Source of the DNA: a virus
Lineage: Duplodnaviria; Caudoviricetes
IMG/VR virus record: IMGVR_UViG_3300031753_000007
Span: 1 to 60,168 of that record
DNA length: 60,168 nt
Direction: 5' to 3' (one strand)
The translations under genes and the position numbers were made by a program. Under the pieces are notes generated by a model. That model worked only from the letters and a program-made list of their open reading frames with translations, searched no databases and was not told the DNA's origin. Below, piece after piece: positions 35,110-44,652 of this stretch; the first letter of the stretch is position 1, and each line of letters begins with the position of its first letter.

Positions 35110-37809
35110 TTACGCCGTCTTTTCCTCCACCACATCCAGTGCCTCCACGTTCAGCATCTCAAGAGCGTCGTCGTGCCAGCAGGAGCCCGTCTTGTACTCC
35201 ACGCCGATCGAGAGGCCACCAAGCTCTGGCACTGGCGCCTCCATCTCCTGCTTAAGCAGCCTCGCTGTGTGCATCAGGTTCGCCTCTTCCACTTCGCATG
35301 TCAAGGAGTCGTGTGTGCTCGCGAGGAGGATGCCTTCCTCTGCCAGTGGACGCAAGCGCAGGAGGACCTCTTTGAGCATGGCCGCAGCCGTGTCGCGTGG
35401 CAGGAAGGCGATGGCTGACTTGGCGTCCTCCCCCAAGGCCCAGCGCTTGTACTTCGAGTCCCAGCGGTACACCTCCCAGAAGCTCATCTCATAGCCGAAT
35501 GGATTGCGCAGCTTGCACTCGCGGGAGGCACGGTCGAGCGTCGCTTTCTGCCAGTCGCGTATCTTGGGGAATAAGTCGAAGTAGAGCGCTTGGAGGCGCT
35601 TCGCCTCGGCCTCCGACATCTCGTACATATCCGCCATCAGGCGCGGGCCCATGCCGTAGTTAGTGCCATGCACAGTGTGCTTGGCGTCATCATAGACCTT
35701 GCGGTTGGCGTGCTTGATCTCCGCGAACGCCTCGGCTAGACTCTCGTCTCCCCATGCAAGATCGGCCGGCCGTCCAAGGATGTGACTAGCCATGAAGCTG
35801 TGAACCCCGAGGCGAGCGAGTCTCTGGTAATCCGAATCTCCAGCAAACCAACCAACGAGGACTGCTTCAATACCGCGCCAATCTGCTTCGAGGATGACTT
35901 TACCAGCTCCTGCAGCGACGCACTTACGGAATCCTTGAGCAACATACTCCTCCTGCTTGTCCTGGATCGTCGCCGAGATATTGGGGCGACGCCAAGAAAT
36001 TCTGAACATACGTCCCCAGAAGCCGGGCGTAGCGTGGATGCGGCCATCGCGTCCGGGCTGCCAGCCTTTCACATACGTCCCCAGCACCTTCGACAGCTGG
36101 CGGCACTCGCGCACGATCTGCAGCACGGCTGAGAACTCGACATCGCGGGGCTTGCGACTGGCACGTAGCTTCTTCTGCAGCTTCTTGAGCGTGTCATCGT
36201 CGACCGTGCCCTTCTTGGTCTTGCGATTGACGCCGATGCGCTGGCCGTAGTAGCGAATGAGGTCGGCTACCTGGCCTGCCTCGCCGGGGCTACCTGGGTT
36301 GAAGGGTTCGACGAGGCAGTAGCGCTTGGCGGCGTAGACCTCGTACTCGCTGATGAGCGCTTCGCCTGTGGCAGCGATCTCTTCTGGCGAGAGGTCCTTG
36401 CCGAGCACCTTGAACTCGCGCAGCACGAGCGCTGGCCAGCGCGGGTCATCCGCCTTAGGAGGCTTCTTGTAGCCGTCCTTCTGCTTGGGCCGCTTCAACT
36501 CAAGAGGCACGATGCGCTGGAGCTCGGCGTCGCGGGCGTCCCACTTCGCCTGTAGTTCGGCCTCGAACGCGCGCGCGGTCTCTTGCGAATATGGGAGGCC
36601 ATTCTGGCTCATGCGCGTCAGCACTTCGTAGGTGTCGACTACGTGACGCTCGAACAACGTCCACTGGCCCTTCGAGCGTAGGTCACGCTCGATGCCGTCG
36701 CCGTTGCGCTTGAGGGCGAGTGCATCGTAGGCGCTGTAAACCTCGGGTTGGCTGCTTGACAAGTGCTTCCAGGGCTCGCCGGGCCAGCCGTAGAATGGCG
36801 ACACGAACTCCAGCGACCTGCACTTGAGCTTGGTGGGCAGGTTGGGCTGGAGATGCTTCCACAGCTTCATCCAGTCGTAGACGCGGCCGTTGACGGGGGC
36901 ACCTGCGGCAGTGAGGCGTGGACAGTCGAAGTCTTCATTCCACACGCCCTTGCGGCCATGGGAGGCGAGCATGCGCGTGGCGATCTCCTTGTAAGGGGAG
37001 GCCCACGGGAACGAGACCGCTAAGCCGTCGTAGCACAAGCTGGCACGGATGATGGTGTAGGAGATGTCGCGCTGTGGTGCAGCCTCGTCGTCTTCCTCCG
37101 CCAAGTCCTCCTCCTCGATCTCACCGCTCTCTGGCGTCTCGATGTCGAAGTCGAGGCGGTGCGCGTCGGGTACGTACCCCCGCTCGAAGGTGAGCATGTC
37201 GTCGAGGCTGGGATGAGGAAGGATGGGCAGCGCCTCGCGCACGAAGCCGTGCTTGGCGATGTCGATGGCACGCTGGATGGCCCACATGAATACGCCCGAC
37301 AGCCCCTGGAGGCCTTGCATGATCGCACTGGGATGGAAGGTGCCGATGACCCAGGTGCCGTCGTAGGGCCCGTCGAGAATGTACCCTTGCACGTGGGAGA
37401 TGGTCGTCTTGCCAGCGCCATAGGCAGTGAGCGCGCGTAGGGCTACATTGCCCAGCGCCACGAACACGCGTGGCCGCGCCTCCTCGAACATACGCTGGCG
37501 GTGGACGGCACAGTGGGCGACTGCACCAGCCTCCCACGGTGCCCCTTCAAGCCAGTTGCGCGGCGGCCGGCAGTTCACCGTGTTGTGGATGATGAAGTTC
37601 GAGCGCTCCAGGCCTGCGCGTTGCAGGAGGCGATTGAGCACGCTGCCGGCTGGTGCGTTGGGCCGGAAGGGCGCACTCTCGCGTGCCTCATGCTCTCCCA
37701 GTGCCTCGCCGATCAGCGCCACCTTGTAGTTGCCATTACCTTCCGGTGGCGAGAAGCTCTCGCCTTGGGTGGCGAGCACACATCCCGAGCACTCAGCGGG
37801 CTTGAGCAT
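35110..37809 (-). CDS. polA: Family A DNA polymerase with N-terminal family-4 uracil-DNA glycosylase domain and 3'-5' exonuclease
   Basis: CSGC/GEALG/NCRPP/FHPS (UDG); FDIET, NEDFD, YSAYD (exo); ADWRGIE, AKHTVHGTNYG, THDS (pol motifs A, B, C). Confidence 0.95.
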   Translation of the reverse strand: MLKPAECSGCVLATQGESFSPPEGNGNYKVALIGEALGEHEARESAPFRPNAPAGSVLNRLLQRAGLERSNFIIHNTVNCRPPRNWLEGAPWEAGAVAHCAVHRQRMFEEARPRVFVALGNVALRALTAYGAGKTTISHVQGYILDGPYDGTWVIGTFHPSAIMQGLQGLSGVFMWAIQRAIDIAKHGFVREALPILPHPSLDDMLTFERGYVPDAHRLDFDIETPESGEIEEEDLAEEDDEAAPQRDISYTIIRASLCYDGLAVSFPWASPYKEIATRMLASHGRKGVWNEDFDCPRLTAAGAPVNGRVYDWMKLWKHLQPNLPTKLKCRSLEFVSPFYGWPGEPWKHLSSSQPEVYSAYDALALKRNGDGIERDLRSKGQWTLFERHVVDTYEVLTRMSQNGLPYSQETARAFEAELQAKWDARDAELQRIVPLELKRPKQKDGYKKPPKADDPRWPALVLREFKVLGKDLSPEEIAATGEALISEYEVYAAKRYCLVEPFNPGSPGEAGQVADLIRYYGQRIGVNRKTKKGTVDDDTLKKLQKKLRASRKPRDVEFSAVLQIVRECRQLSKVLGTYVKGWQPGRDGRIHATPGFWGRMFRISWRRPNISATIQDKQEEYVAQGFRKCVAAGAGKVILEADWRGIEAVLVGWFAGDSDYQRLARLGVHSFMASHILGRPADLAWGDESLAEAFAEIKHANRKVYDDAKHTVHGTNYGMGPRLMADMYEMSEAEAKRLQALYFDLFPKIRDWQKATLDRASRECKLRNPFGYEMSFWEVYRWDSKYKRWALGEDAKSAIAFLPRDTAAAMLKEVLLRLRPLAEEGILLASTHDSLTCEVEEANLMHTARLLKQEMEAPVPELGGLSIGVEYKTGSCWHDDALEMLNVEALDVVEEKTA
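35736..35945 (-). CDS. Candidate overprinted 69-aa protein (+1 frame) inside polA
   Basis: AGGAGGAGT-ATG; host-frame third positions become A/T-rich over this span. Confidence 0.45.
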   Translation of the reverse strand: MLLKDSVSASLQELVKSSSKQIGAVLKQSSLVGLLEIRITRDSLASGFTASWLVTSLDGRPILHGETRV

Positions 37810-38003
37810 CAGGCGCCCGCTTCCTTGTGTTCAAGCGGGTCGATGCGTTGATGGCAGAGACACTGGCACGCGTGCAACTCACAGTCACAGTTGGGATCAA
37901 GCGTCTCGTGGATGCGCTGGTGGTCTCCGTTCCAGCACGTCTTCGAGAGCATCTGGCCGGTGAGCGGGTCGAGGGCGAGTGAGCGCTGCATGATGCAGGT
38001 CAT
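37809..38003 (-). CDS. Small Cys-rich protein
   Basis: CDCELHACQCLCH; coupled to polA start. Confidence 0.6.
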   Translation of the reverse strand: MTCIMQRSLALDPLTGQMLSKTCWNGDHQRIHETLDPNCDCELHACQCLCHQRIDPLEHKEAGA

Positions 38004-38335
38004 CGCACCACCTCCTCTGGCCACAGCCAGCCACCGCGGTCGCGCGGGCTCATGCGCGTGATGTGCGGCACCATGGTGAAGGTCTTGATGCCACGCTCGC
38101 CAGGGCGCACTACGATCAGCGATACATGTGGGCAGGCGTGCTCAGAGAAGACCACGTGCACGAGGGCGTCGCGCGTGTGCTCGGCTTCGCGGTAGAGCAC
38201 GTGGCAGCCTACGATGGGGATGAGGGGATGAGTGAGGGTGGGGACGACGGCGGGCCAGCATTCTCCTTCCACAGCCATGAGAGAGTCTCCCTTGTGGCCG
38301 GAGAGCTGGGGCTCCTCAGCCAAGATGTCGTGCAA
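38000..38335 (-). CDS. Hypothetical protein
   Basis: IVGCHVLY..ALVHVV..VSLIV..W.WP pattern; start uncertain. Confidence 0.6.
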   Translation of the reverse strand: MHDILAEEPQLSGHKGDSLMAVEGECWPAVVPTLTHPLIPIVGCHVLYREAEHTRDALVHVVFSEHACPHVSLIVVRPGERGIKTFTMVPHITRMSPRDRGGWLWPEEVVR

Positions 38336-38441
38336 TTTACCTCAATGGGGGAGGATCCTGGGGGAGGAGCCGTCCACCATCCTATAGGCCGCGTTGCCTG
38401 TCTGGTCTGGCACGTGTACAGGACATGTTACTTTGGTAACC

Positions 38442-39191
38442 TCAGCCGTTTGCGTGCTCAGCAGCGTAGCTCTGCTTGCGTGTCGCGATGAAGTGGGCAT
38501 AGTACTCGTCGCTGCCCACCTTGCAGCCCCACTTGCGCTCGAAGGTGGCTCGGTCGGCGTCCGCCAGCTTGCACAGGCGCTCGTGCTCCTCGCGCGGCGC
38601 GTGCCTGATGGTGGCCGATCCCTCGTGCAGGAAGGGGACGTCGATGGCGATCGCGTCGATGCCCAGCGCGTGCATGCGGAGGTGATAGTCGAGGTCGCCC
38701 GCCCACGCCCACATGCTCTCGTCGAAGCGGCCGACGCGCTTCCACACCTCGCGGCGGATGAGGAAGCAGCTGAACGACGGGTGCGGCGACTTGCTCGATG
38801 GGTTCGCGTGCTCCACTTGGGCAAAGTCGTTCACTGGCACGCCTGTGACGAACGGCCCACCATCTTGCACGAGGAGGCGATAGGTGTCTGTGCGCAACGT
38901 CACATCGTTATTCACGATGAGCGCATAGTCGAGGCGCAGGCTGTCGAAGGCCAGCGTAAGCGCCTCATTCCACACACGATGGAGGGATACGGGCTGGAGG
39001 TGGGAGATGACCGTGGTACGCAGCGGAAACGAGCGCAGCCACTGTCCGGTGCCGTCGCCTGAGGCGTTGTCGATGGTGTACAGCCAGACATCTCCGATAT
39101 CTTGCGCGAGGATGCTCTGGACGCACGCCTTCGTCATACTAAGTCCTCTAACTATTGGCATAATCACGAGATTAATATGGCTACCCTCCAC
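38442..39191 (-). CDS. GT2-family glycosyltransferase
   Basis: IDNASGDGT, VNND, FSCFLIRREVWKRVGRFDE. Confidence 0.92.
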   Translation of the reverse strand: MEGSHINLVIMPIVRGLSMTKACVQSILAQDIGDVWLYTIDNASGDGTGQWLRSFPLRTTVISHLQPVSLHRVWNEALTLAFDSLRLDYALIVNNDVTLRTDTYRLLVQDGGPFVTGVPVNDFAQVEHANPSSKSPHPSFSCFLIRREVWKRVGRFDESMWAWAGDLDYHLRMHALGIDAIAIDVPFLHEGSATIRHAPREEHERLCKLADADRATFERKWGCKVGSDEYYAHFIATRKQSYAAEHANG

Positions 39192-39195
39192 TTAC

Positions 39196-39792
39196 TCAAT
39201 TATGCACCGCAAGAACCTGACTTACTCTGCCATGGCGTATGCCACGCTCCACGAGCTCCTCGATCATGCGACCGTCCGCATCCGCGTAGCTCTCGCCTGT
39301 GGCATCAGGGAAGCCGTGGAACCACTCGCGCCGCAGGAGGAAGCTAGTCTTGTCGATGCAGCAACGCTTAGGCGATGCCTCCAGCACCCAGTGGCCACCG
39401 GCGCCGCCTGCTATGAGGTCACAGTACACGAGGTCCCAGTGCTTACCCTGGGCGGCTGCCATCATGCGCTCTACGAACCAGGGCACATAGTAAGAGTCGT
39501 CTGAGGGAAAGCACAGCCACTCACCACTCGTATTGGCTACGCCGATCTCCGTAGCCTTGTAGAGCGAGTACTTGTGCATGGCACCTTCGATCTGCGCGTC
39601 GTCCCCCATCCGGCAGTGGTGGATACGCCTGTCCATAGAGCACAGGTCTATGTTATCGAGGCGGTCGGGCTCGCTGTCGCTGTTGTCGACCACGAGTGCT
39701 TCCCACGCGTCCCAGGTCTGCTGCACAAGCGATGAGAGGCAGGTCCGCAATGCCTTGGGGCGGTTGAAGGCGGTGATGACGAAGCTCAGCAT
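39196..39792 (-). CDS. GT2-family glycosyltransferase
   Basis: SFVITAFNRP..LVVDNS..GEWLCFPSDDSY. Confidence 0.92.
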   Translation of the reverse strand: MLSFVITAFNRPKALRTCLSSLVQQTWDAWEALVVDNSDSEPDRLDNIDLCSMDRRIHHCRMGDDAQIEGAMHKYSLYKATEIGVANTSGEWLCFPSDDSYYVPWFVERMMAAAQGKHWDLVYCDLIAGGAGGHWVLEASPKRCCIDKTSFLLRREWFHGFPDATGESYADADGRMIEELVERGIRHGRVSQVLAVHN

Positions 39793-40514
39793 GCGCCCCC
39801 TAGCCTGCGCCGATGGGCTCGGTACATGTCACGGTGGTCGTAGGGCTCAGGGGAGAAGCCTAGGTGTGCGGTGATCGCGTCGTTGTCTGGCCGTGGGCCC
39901 TCGCTCGCGTCGTGTGGATAGCACACGCGGTAGCGTGAGTCGTGGCGGAGGAGGATGCCTGCGTGGCGCAGCGTCTGGCCTACCCAAGTGTCCTCATACG
40001 CCAGCTCCACAGGCGCATCCTTCACCGCCTCCATGGCATGCCTGCTTAGCCAGTAGCCTGCGCCGCCTGACGCTTGGGCCCAGCCGTCGCGTGCGAAGGG
40101 GAAGCCTACGTAGTCGTGGGCTGCGTAGCCGGATGCGAGAAGGCGTGGGATGTCCACATAGGTGTCCGTGTCCACCTTGAACACGTGGTCGTAGCCTTGC
40201 GCGTGCGCCCAACGCATGATCTCCCTGACCTTCAGCGCTAGGTGCTTGAAGTCCCAGGGCACGGGTAGCAGGACCTCGTCTGCCTGTGGAGTGTAGATGA
40301 TGCGGTGGCTCTCTCCAAGCTTCGAGTGGTAGTGCGGGAGACGCTGGGACCATGCGCTATCGAGCGCCTCGTTCGCTGGCGCAGGCGTGCCGTCGCCCAA
40401 GAAGAAGCGACAGTCGATGCCGAGGTCCTGCCGGAGCCATGTAGCGCGTGTGGCGTCGTGGTCGCCGTTGGTGGCGCTCTCGGGCCAGCTGGAGATGGCG
40501 AGGAGTGCTCTCAT
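39786..40514 (-). CDS. GT31-like (Fringe/beta-1,3-galactosyltransferase-type) glycosyltransferase
   Basis: FKVDTDTYV, ASGGAGYWLS, EDTWVG. Confidence 0.8.
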   Translation of the reverse strand: MRALLAISSWPESATNGDHDATRATWLRQDLGIDCRFFLGDGTPAPANEALDSAWSQRLPHYHSKLGESHRIIYTPQADEVLLPVPWDFKHLALKVREIMRWAHAQGYDHVFKVDTDTYVDIPRLLASGYAAHDYVGFPFARDGWAQASGGAGYWLSRHAMEAVKDAPVELAYEDTWVGQTLRHAGILLRHDSRYRVCYPHDASEGPRPDNDAITAHLGFSPEPYDHRDMYRAHRRRLGGAC

Positions 40515-41323
40515 GCGTACCTCTCGCGGATGCGGCGCGTCCACCGGCCGTCACGGTCGTACTGGTGGAGGATGGCGAAGGGTTCAAGCGTACCTGGAGC
40601 GCACACTCTACCATTCTCGATGTCGAACACGGGCGCCTCATCCGTGTACATCCCTGTGAAGCGCTCGGGGCCTGAGAGGAACCAGCTGCAGGTGGCAATG
40701 AAGCCTTCGCGCATGCGGGGGATGCGCGTGACAGCTGCAAGCGGGGGCTGGCGTAGCAGGTGGTTGACGTAGGCCTGGTCGTAGCCCCACCCGGAAGCGC
40801 TCATGGCTAGCTCGCATGTCATCGCGAGCAGCTCGATGACCGCGTGACGTGCGCCTACGATTGTTCCTGCACAGAGGACGGGCTCATCCAAGAGGCGCGT
40901 GAGGGCGTCCTGGCCTAGCGTGGTGAGGATCCAGTGCCGGTTGGTGGGCTCGTCCCGGATGCGCAGGCATTCGCTGGCGCCGATGAGCGTATGCGGCGCG
41001 AGATGCGCCACGAGCCATGGCACAGGGTCAGCCTGGAACACCAGATCCCGTACATCGCAGTAAAGCACATAGCGGTAGGAGCGCGTGCGCAGGAACTCTA
41101 GCACTGGGATGTGGCGGGCGGTACCGTAGTCTTGGGCGACGTCTGCGGTCACCGGCCTGAGCTGCCAGCCGTACGCGCGCAGGCGATCGGTCGCGTCAAG
41201 CGTCACGTTCTCGGTGAACATCACCTTCTCCCCACCGTAGCCTGAGCGGTCAACGGAGACCACGAATGGCCTGATCTCCTCCCAGCCGTAGCCCTTGATG
41301 GAGCCGATCAGCACGTCGTTCAC
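40511..41323 (-). CDS. GT-A fold glycosyltransferase
   Basis: CDVRDLVFQADP, LCAGTIVG, DQAYVN, HQYDR. Confidence 0.75.
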   Translation of the reverse strand: MNDVLIGSIKGYGWEEIRPFVVSVDRSGYGGEKVMFTENVTLDATDRLRAYGWQLRPVTADVAQDYGTARHIPVLEFLRTRSYRYVLYCDVRDLVFQADPVPWLVAHLAPHTLIGASECLRIRDEPTNRHWILTTLGQDALTRLLDEPVLCAGTIVGARHAVIELLAMTCELAMSASGWGYDQAYVNHLLRQPPLAAVTRIPRMREGFIATCSWFLSGPERFTGMYTDEAPVFDIENGRVCAPGTLEPFAILHQYDRDGRWTRRIRERYA

Positions 41324-41329
41324 TTACGG

Positions 41330-41737
41330 TTACTCCTTCACGGCGAATGTAAGATAGACGCGACGCACGCCGAGGATGCGCTTCCACCAAGGTACGCGCT
41401 TGTCGATGTCGTACCAAGTCTTGCCACCGTCATCACTAAATACGCTGCTAAGGCGCGTCGACTGCCACACAGGGTTGCCTCCATGACTATCGGAGTGGTC
41501 GATGTACTCCCGCGTCTTCGTAGGGTTTGGGAGCGGATTCAGCAGCTTGTATCGCGCCAGCCTATTGAAGATGGTCAACACGATATCCGCCGACCCTCCG
41601 CTGTGCCCTTGGGCGGCGAACGTCTCCATTAGCTCCAACACGGCCTTCCCCGCCATATCTCCGTAGCAATCGCCGTTCGGGTCAAGCAAACCGGCCTCGG
41701 CCAGTTCACGCTTTGCATGCTCGATTAGTGTGCTCAT
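41330..41737 (-). CDS. Conserved phage hypothetical protein
   Basis: HAKREL..FAAQGHSGGSA..QSTRLSSVF. Confidence 0.75.
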   Translation of the reverse strand: MSTLIEHAKRELAEAGLLDPNGDCYGDMAGKAVLELMETFAAQGHSGGSADIVLTIFNRLARYKLLNPLPNPTKTREYIDHSDSHGGNPVWQSTRLSSVFSDDGGKTWYDIDKRVPWWKRILGVRRVYLTFAVKE

Positions 41738-42258
41738 CGCCTGCCTCCCACGTAGAAAATCGTCTCTTGGCCGTACTGCGTGGCGCTCGGGAAGGTCTCC
41801 TCCTCATGCGCCAGAAACGCGCCATAGTGGGCGACGAACATGTCAGTCAGGTCGTAATGGCGGAAGGAGATATCAGGCACAGCTGGCGTCACGTTCTCAT
41901 TCCATGCGATCACATGCGTCTCTGGAGAGAAGGGTGTGAAGATGACCAGCGCCACCTTGTCCGCGGAGGCGAGTGCATTCTGGAGGATCAGCCGCCACCT
42001 CAGGTCGTGCTCCAGCACGTGGCGTAGGAGGATGCCTTCAACCGCGGACACATACTCGGTGAGATCCGCCACCGCATCCACCTGATCCCATGGCGTGCCG
42101 TCGATGAGGCGATAGCCTTGAGGGAAGAAGCGGCGTGCGTAACCGGGGCCACCGCCCCAGTCTTCCACTGGCCCGCCAGCGAGGAAGCGTGCAGCTTTCT
42201 CGTAGCTCGTGTCGTCGCCGTAGCGTTCGCCCTGGTGGTGCCATTGTGGGGCGGTCAC
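41734..42258 (-). CDS. Class I SAM-dependent methyltransferase
   Basis: VEDWGGGPG, LLRHVLEH. Confidence 0.8.
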   Translation of the reverse strand: MTAPQWHHQGERYGDDTSYEKAARFLAGGPVEDWGGGPGYARRFFPQGYRLIDGTPWDQVDAVADLTEYVSAVEGILLRHVLEHDLRWRLILQNALASADKVALVIFTPFSPETHVIAWNENVTPAVPDISFRHYDLTDMFVAHYGAFLAHEEETFPSATQYGQETIFYVGGRR

Positions 42259-42971
42259 GCCTTCACCCGCAGGGGCAGCTCTGAGCGGAACGTGTTGTAG
42301 GTCACGACATGCGCCTGCTTATGCAAAACGTCATCCGTGCCCCGCGCCTCCAGCCACTTACTTCCCACCTCGCCTTTGCCCCCGCCCGTATGCGTCGCAC
42401 TCACCCCCACCACCTGCGTACGCATGCCCATCCGATGAGCCATGAGGCACACCCACAGATCAGTGCAGTGCGAGCTGTTGGGATATGCGCCGAGTGGCCA
42501 GCCGCCACACCGAACCAGAAGGTCGCGGCGGACGAACACAGCACAACTATCCACCACCGCCACGCGCTTTGAACCGATGAGGCGCTGGCCGTGGGCTTCG
42601 GCATCGGTGAGATTCGACCAGACGTCACAACGCGCAAGTTGCGTGTAGCTGTAAGGAATCTTGAATATGTCGTCATGTCCTAGTCCTGTAGCGCCTACGA
42701 AGCCTACCACGCCCACGTTTGGCCACTTGAACTCGTCGAGCACGCGTGCTTCCCACCCTTGGTCGTGGATGCTAAGGTCTGAGTGGCAGTAGCCGATGAC
42801 GTCCGCATGCACTTCCTCATAGCCCCACTGCAGCTTGTAGAGGAAGCCTGCCGCCTCACCTTCTACGAGACTGTAGACGTGTACCGGGAGATCGGTGAGC
42901 AACGCTTCCTGCGCGAGTGGCAAGGCCATGGTGGATGGCACCACCAGCTCCATCGTGAGCCCTGGCGTCAT
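42255..42971 (-). CDS. GT2-like glycosyltransferase
   Basis: YCHSD, GVVGFVGA, VAVVDSCAVFVRR, HCTDLWVCL. Confidence 0.8.
   Translation of the reverse strand: MTPGLTMELVVPSTMALPLAQEALLTDLPVHVYSLVEGEAAGFLYKLQWGYEEVHADVIGYCHSDLSIHDQGWEARVLDEFKWPNVGVVGFVGATGLGHDDIFKIPYSYTQLARCDVWSNLTDAEAHGQRLIGSKRVAVVDSCAVFVRRDLLVRCGGWPLGAYPNSSHCTDLWVCLMAHRMGMRTQVVGVSATHTGGGKGEVGSKWLEARGTDDVLHKQAHVVTYNTFRSELPLRVKA
42401..42676 (-). CDS. Candidate overprinted two-TM protein inside the GT2-like gene
   Basis: AGGA-7 nt-ATG; WRWWIVVLCSSAATFWFGVAAG and ALICGCASWLIGWAC. Confidence 0.35.
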   Translation of the reverse strand: MTTYSRFLTATRNLRVVTSGRISPMPKPTASASSVQSAWRWWIVVLCSSAATFWFGVAAGHSAHIPTARTALICGCASWLIGWACVRRWWG

Positions 42972-44652
42972 GCCATCTCCCCATCGAACTCACGCTTGCA
43001 CTTAGTGCACCGGAGGGTAACGATGAACACGCCATCGCCATCTGCGTTCGAGTGGGCAAAGATGAAGCGCACCACTTGGAGGTGCAGGCGTCCATGCAAG
43101 CACTTAGGCCACTTACTCTGCTTGGTCATGCTTCCCCTCCAGTTCGGCAATGCGGGAGCGCAGCACCGCAACTTCAGCCTGCAAGGATTCCACTTGTTTT
43201 CGCAGTTCGGTGACGGCTGACCCGAAGCTATAAAGCTGTCCTTCTACTGAGCCAACGCGTAACTCATAGCGTTTGCCAGCCTCGGAATCGCTACCGATGT
43301 AAGTTGTGCTCATTGCGCAACCTCTCATTCTCTTCCTTCAGCGCGGCTATCTCGTGGCGGAGCGGCTCACTCCAAACGATCTCGTACCACTTGGCGATGC
43401 ACAAAGCGTACTGTTCTGCGAACTCGATTGAGGCCTTCCAGTTCGGGTGCCAGATAATCGGCTTCGTTCCCTGTAGGCGATTGATGATGAAATATTGCTC
43501 AGCAGGCATTGGCTTGGCTGCGGACACGGGCTGCTCGGGAGTGGCGGCACTAATCACATCCTTCTCACAAACTGGTGTACATCCCGCCTTCGCACACCAC
43601 GCATCTTTCTCGTGGACTTCGTTAAAGTTTGGATATGCCGAATTTTCGGGCAACTTCATCCACTGCTTCTTGGCAGACTCCGGCGCTAGCGGCTGCGGAG
43701 TGGAGTGCCCCGTACACCAGAAACAAGTTCCTTCAGCGGACAATTCAGCACCGCAGGTCGGACACCGCGTCTCCTGGTTCACTGGGCACGCTCCCACCAA
43801 TTTCTGATATCTCTTGGTATCCACAGAACGCGAATGAACCAGTACCAAAGCCCGTGCTTAAAGTTAGAGTCTGCATAAGCGTCTGCTGGAGTCCACTCAG
43901 GTCCGCCCTTGTAAAGTCTGGGAATGAAGTTCACTCGCCCTCCGCAATTTCCTTCTTGGCTAGTTCTTTTGCCGCTTCCCATGTGTAGACGTAGTGCCGC
44001 CAGAAGTCATCGACCTGATTCAGGTGCGGATATTTCTTCAAGCAGGCGCGACAGTACTTCTCGTACATGGGGACCATTTGCTCACAGTTGATACAAACTG
44101 AATAGCTCACTCTCCCTCCTTTGCTTGCAGCGCCAGCAGACGCTCAACTCGCTCTTTGAACTTTAGCTGTTCCTGATAGATGCCGTAATCTTCTGCACAG
44201 GGTAGATAGTTGATGGCAAATTGCAGCGCCTCCACCAGTTCCCGATCTCCAGCACGCTTCCCGGCTGCGTAGGCGGCTTGCCAGACGATCCATTGCTCTT
44301 CAATCCGATCATCGACGTAGCGTCCGCCATAAGGATGCTTTGGCCTAACTTGCCATTCCAAGGGAACAATCTGCCACTTCTCGAACTCCGCCCGCTCCTC
44401 ACTCATCCCTTTTTCCCTTCAACAGTTCGATAATCTTGTCGAGCCTAGAGCAGACTAGCCATCCTAGGAAGATCAGCAGCGTGCCCAGACATCCCAACTC
44501 CCAGCGGACTTCTGCGTCGATCACTTCTCCTCCATGGCATCGAGCTGCGAGCGATACGTGATGCGCTCGCCACAATAGCACCCTGCGCAGTAGACGCGTG
44601 CCGCCCAGATCGCACGGCAGAAGCGGCGGTCGCGACGCTCGGTGAGGCTCAT
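42968..44652 (-). other. Run of small, often Cys-rich accessory ORFs (e.g. 43113-43313, 43291-43782, 43779-43934, 43931-44110, 44107-44406, 44399-44524, 44521-44652)
   Basis: Mostly overlapping start/stop junctions; visibly lower GC than flanks. Confidence 0.6.
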
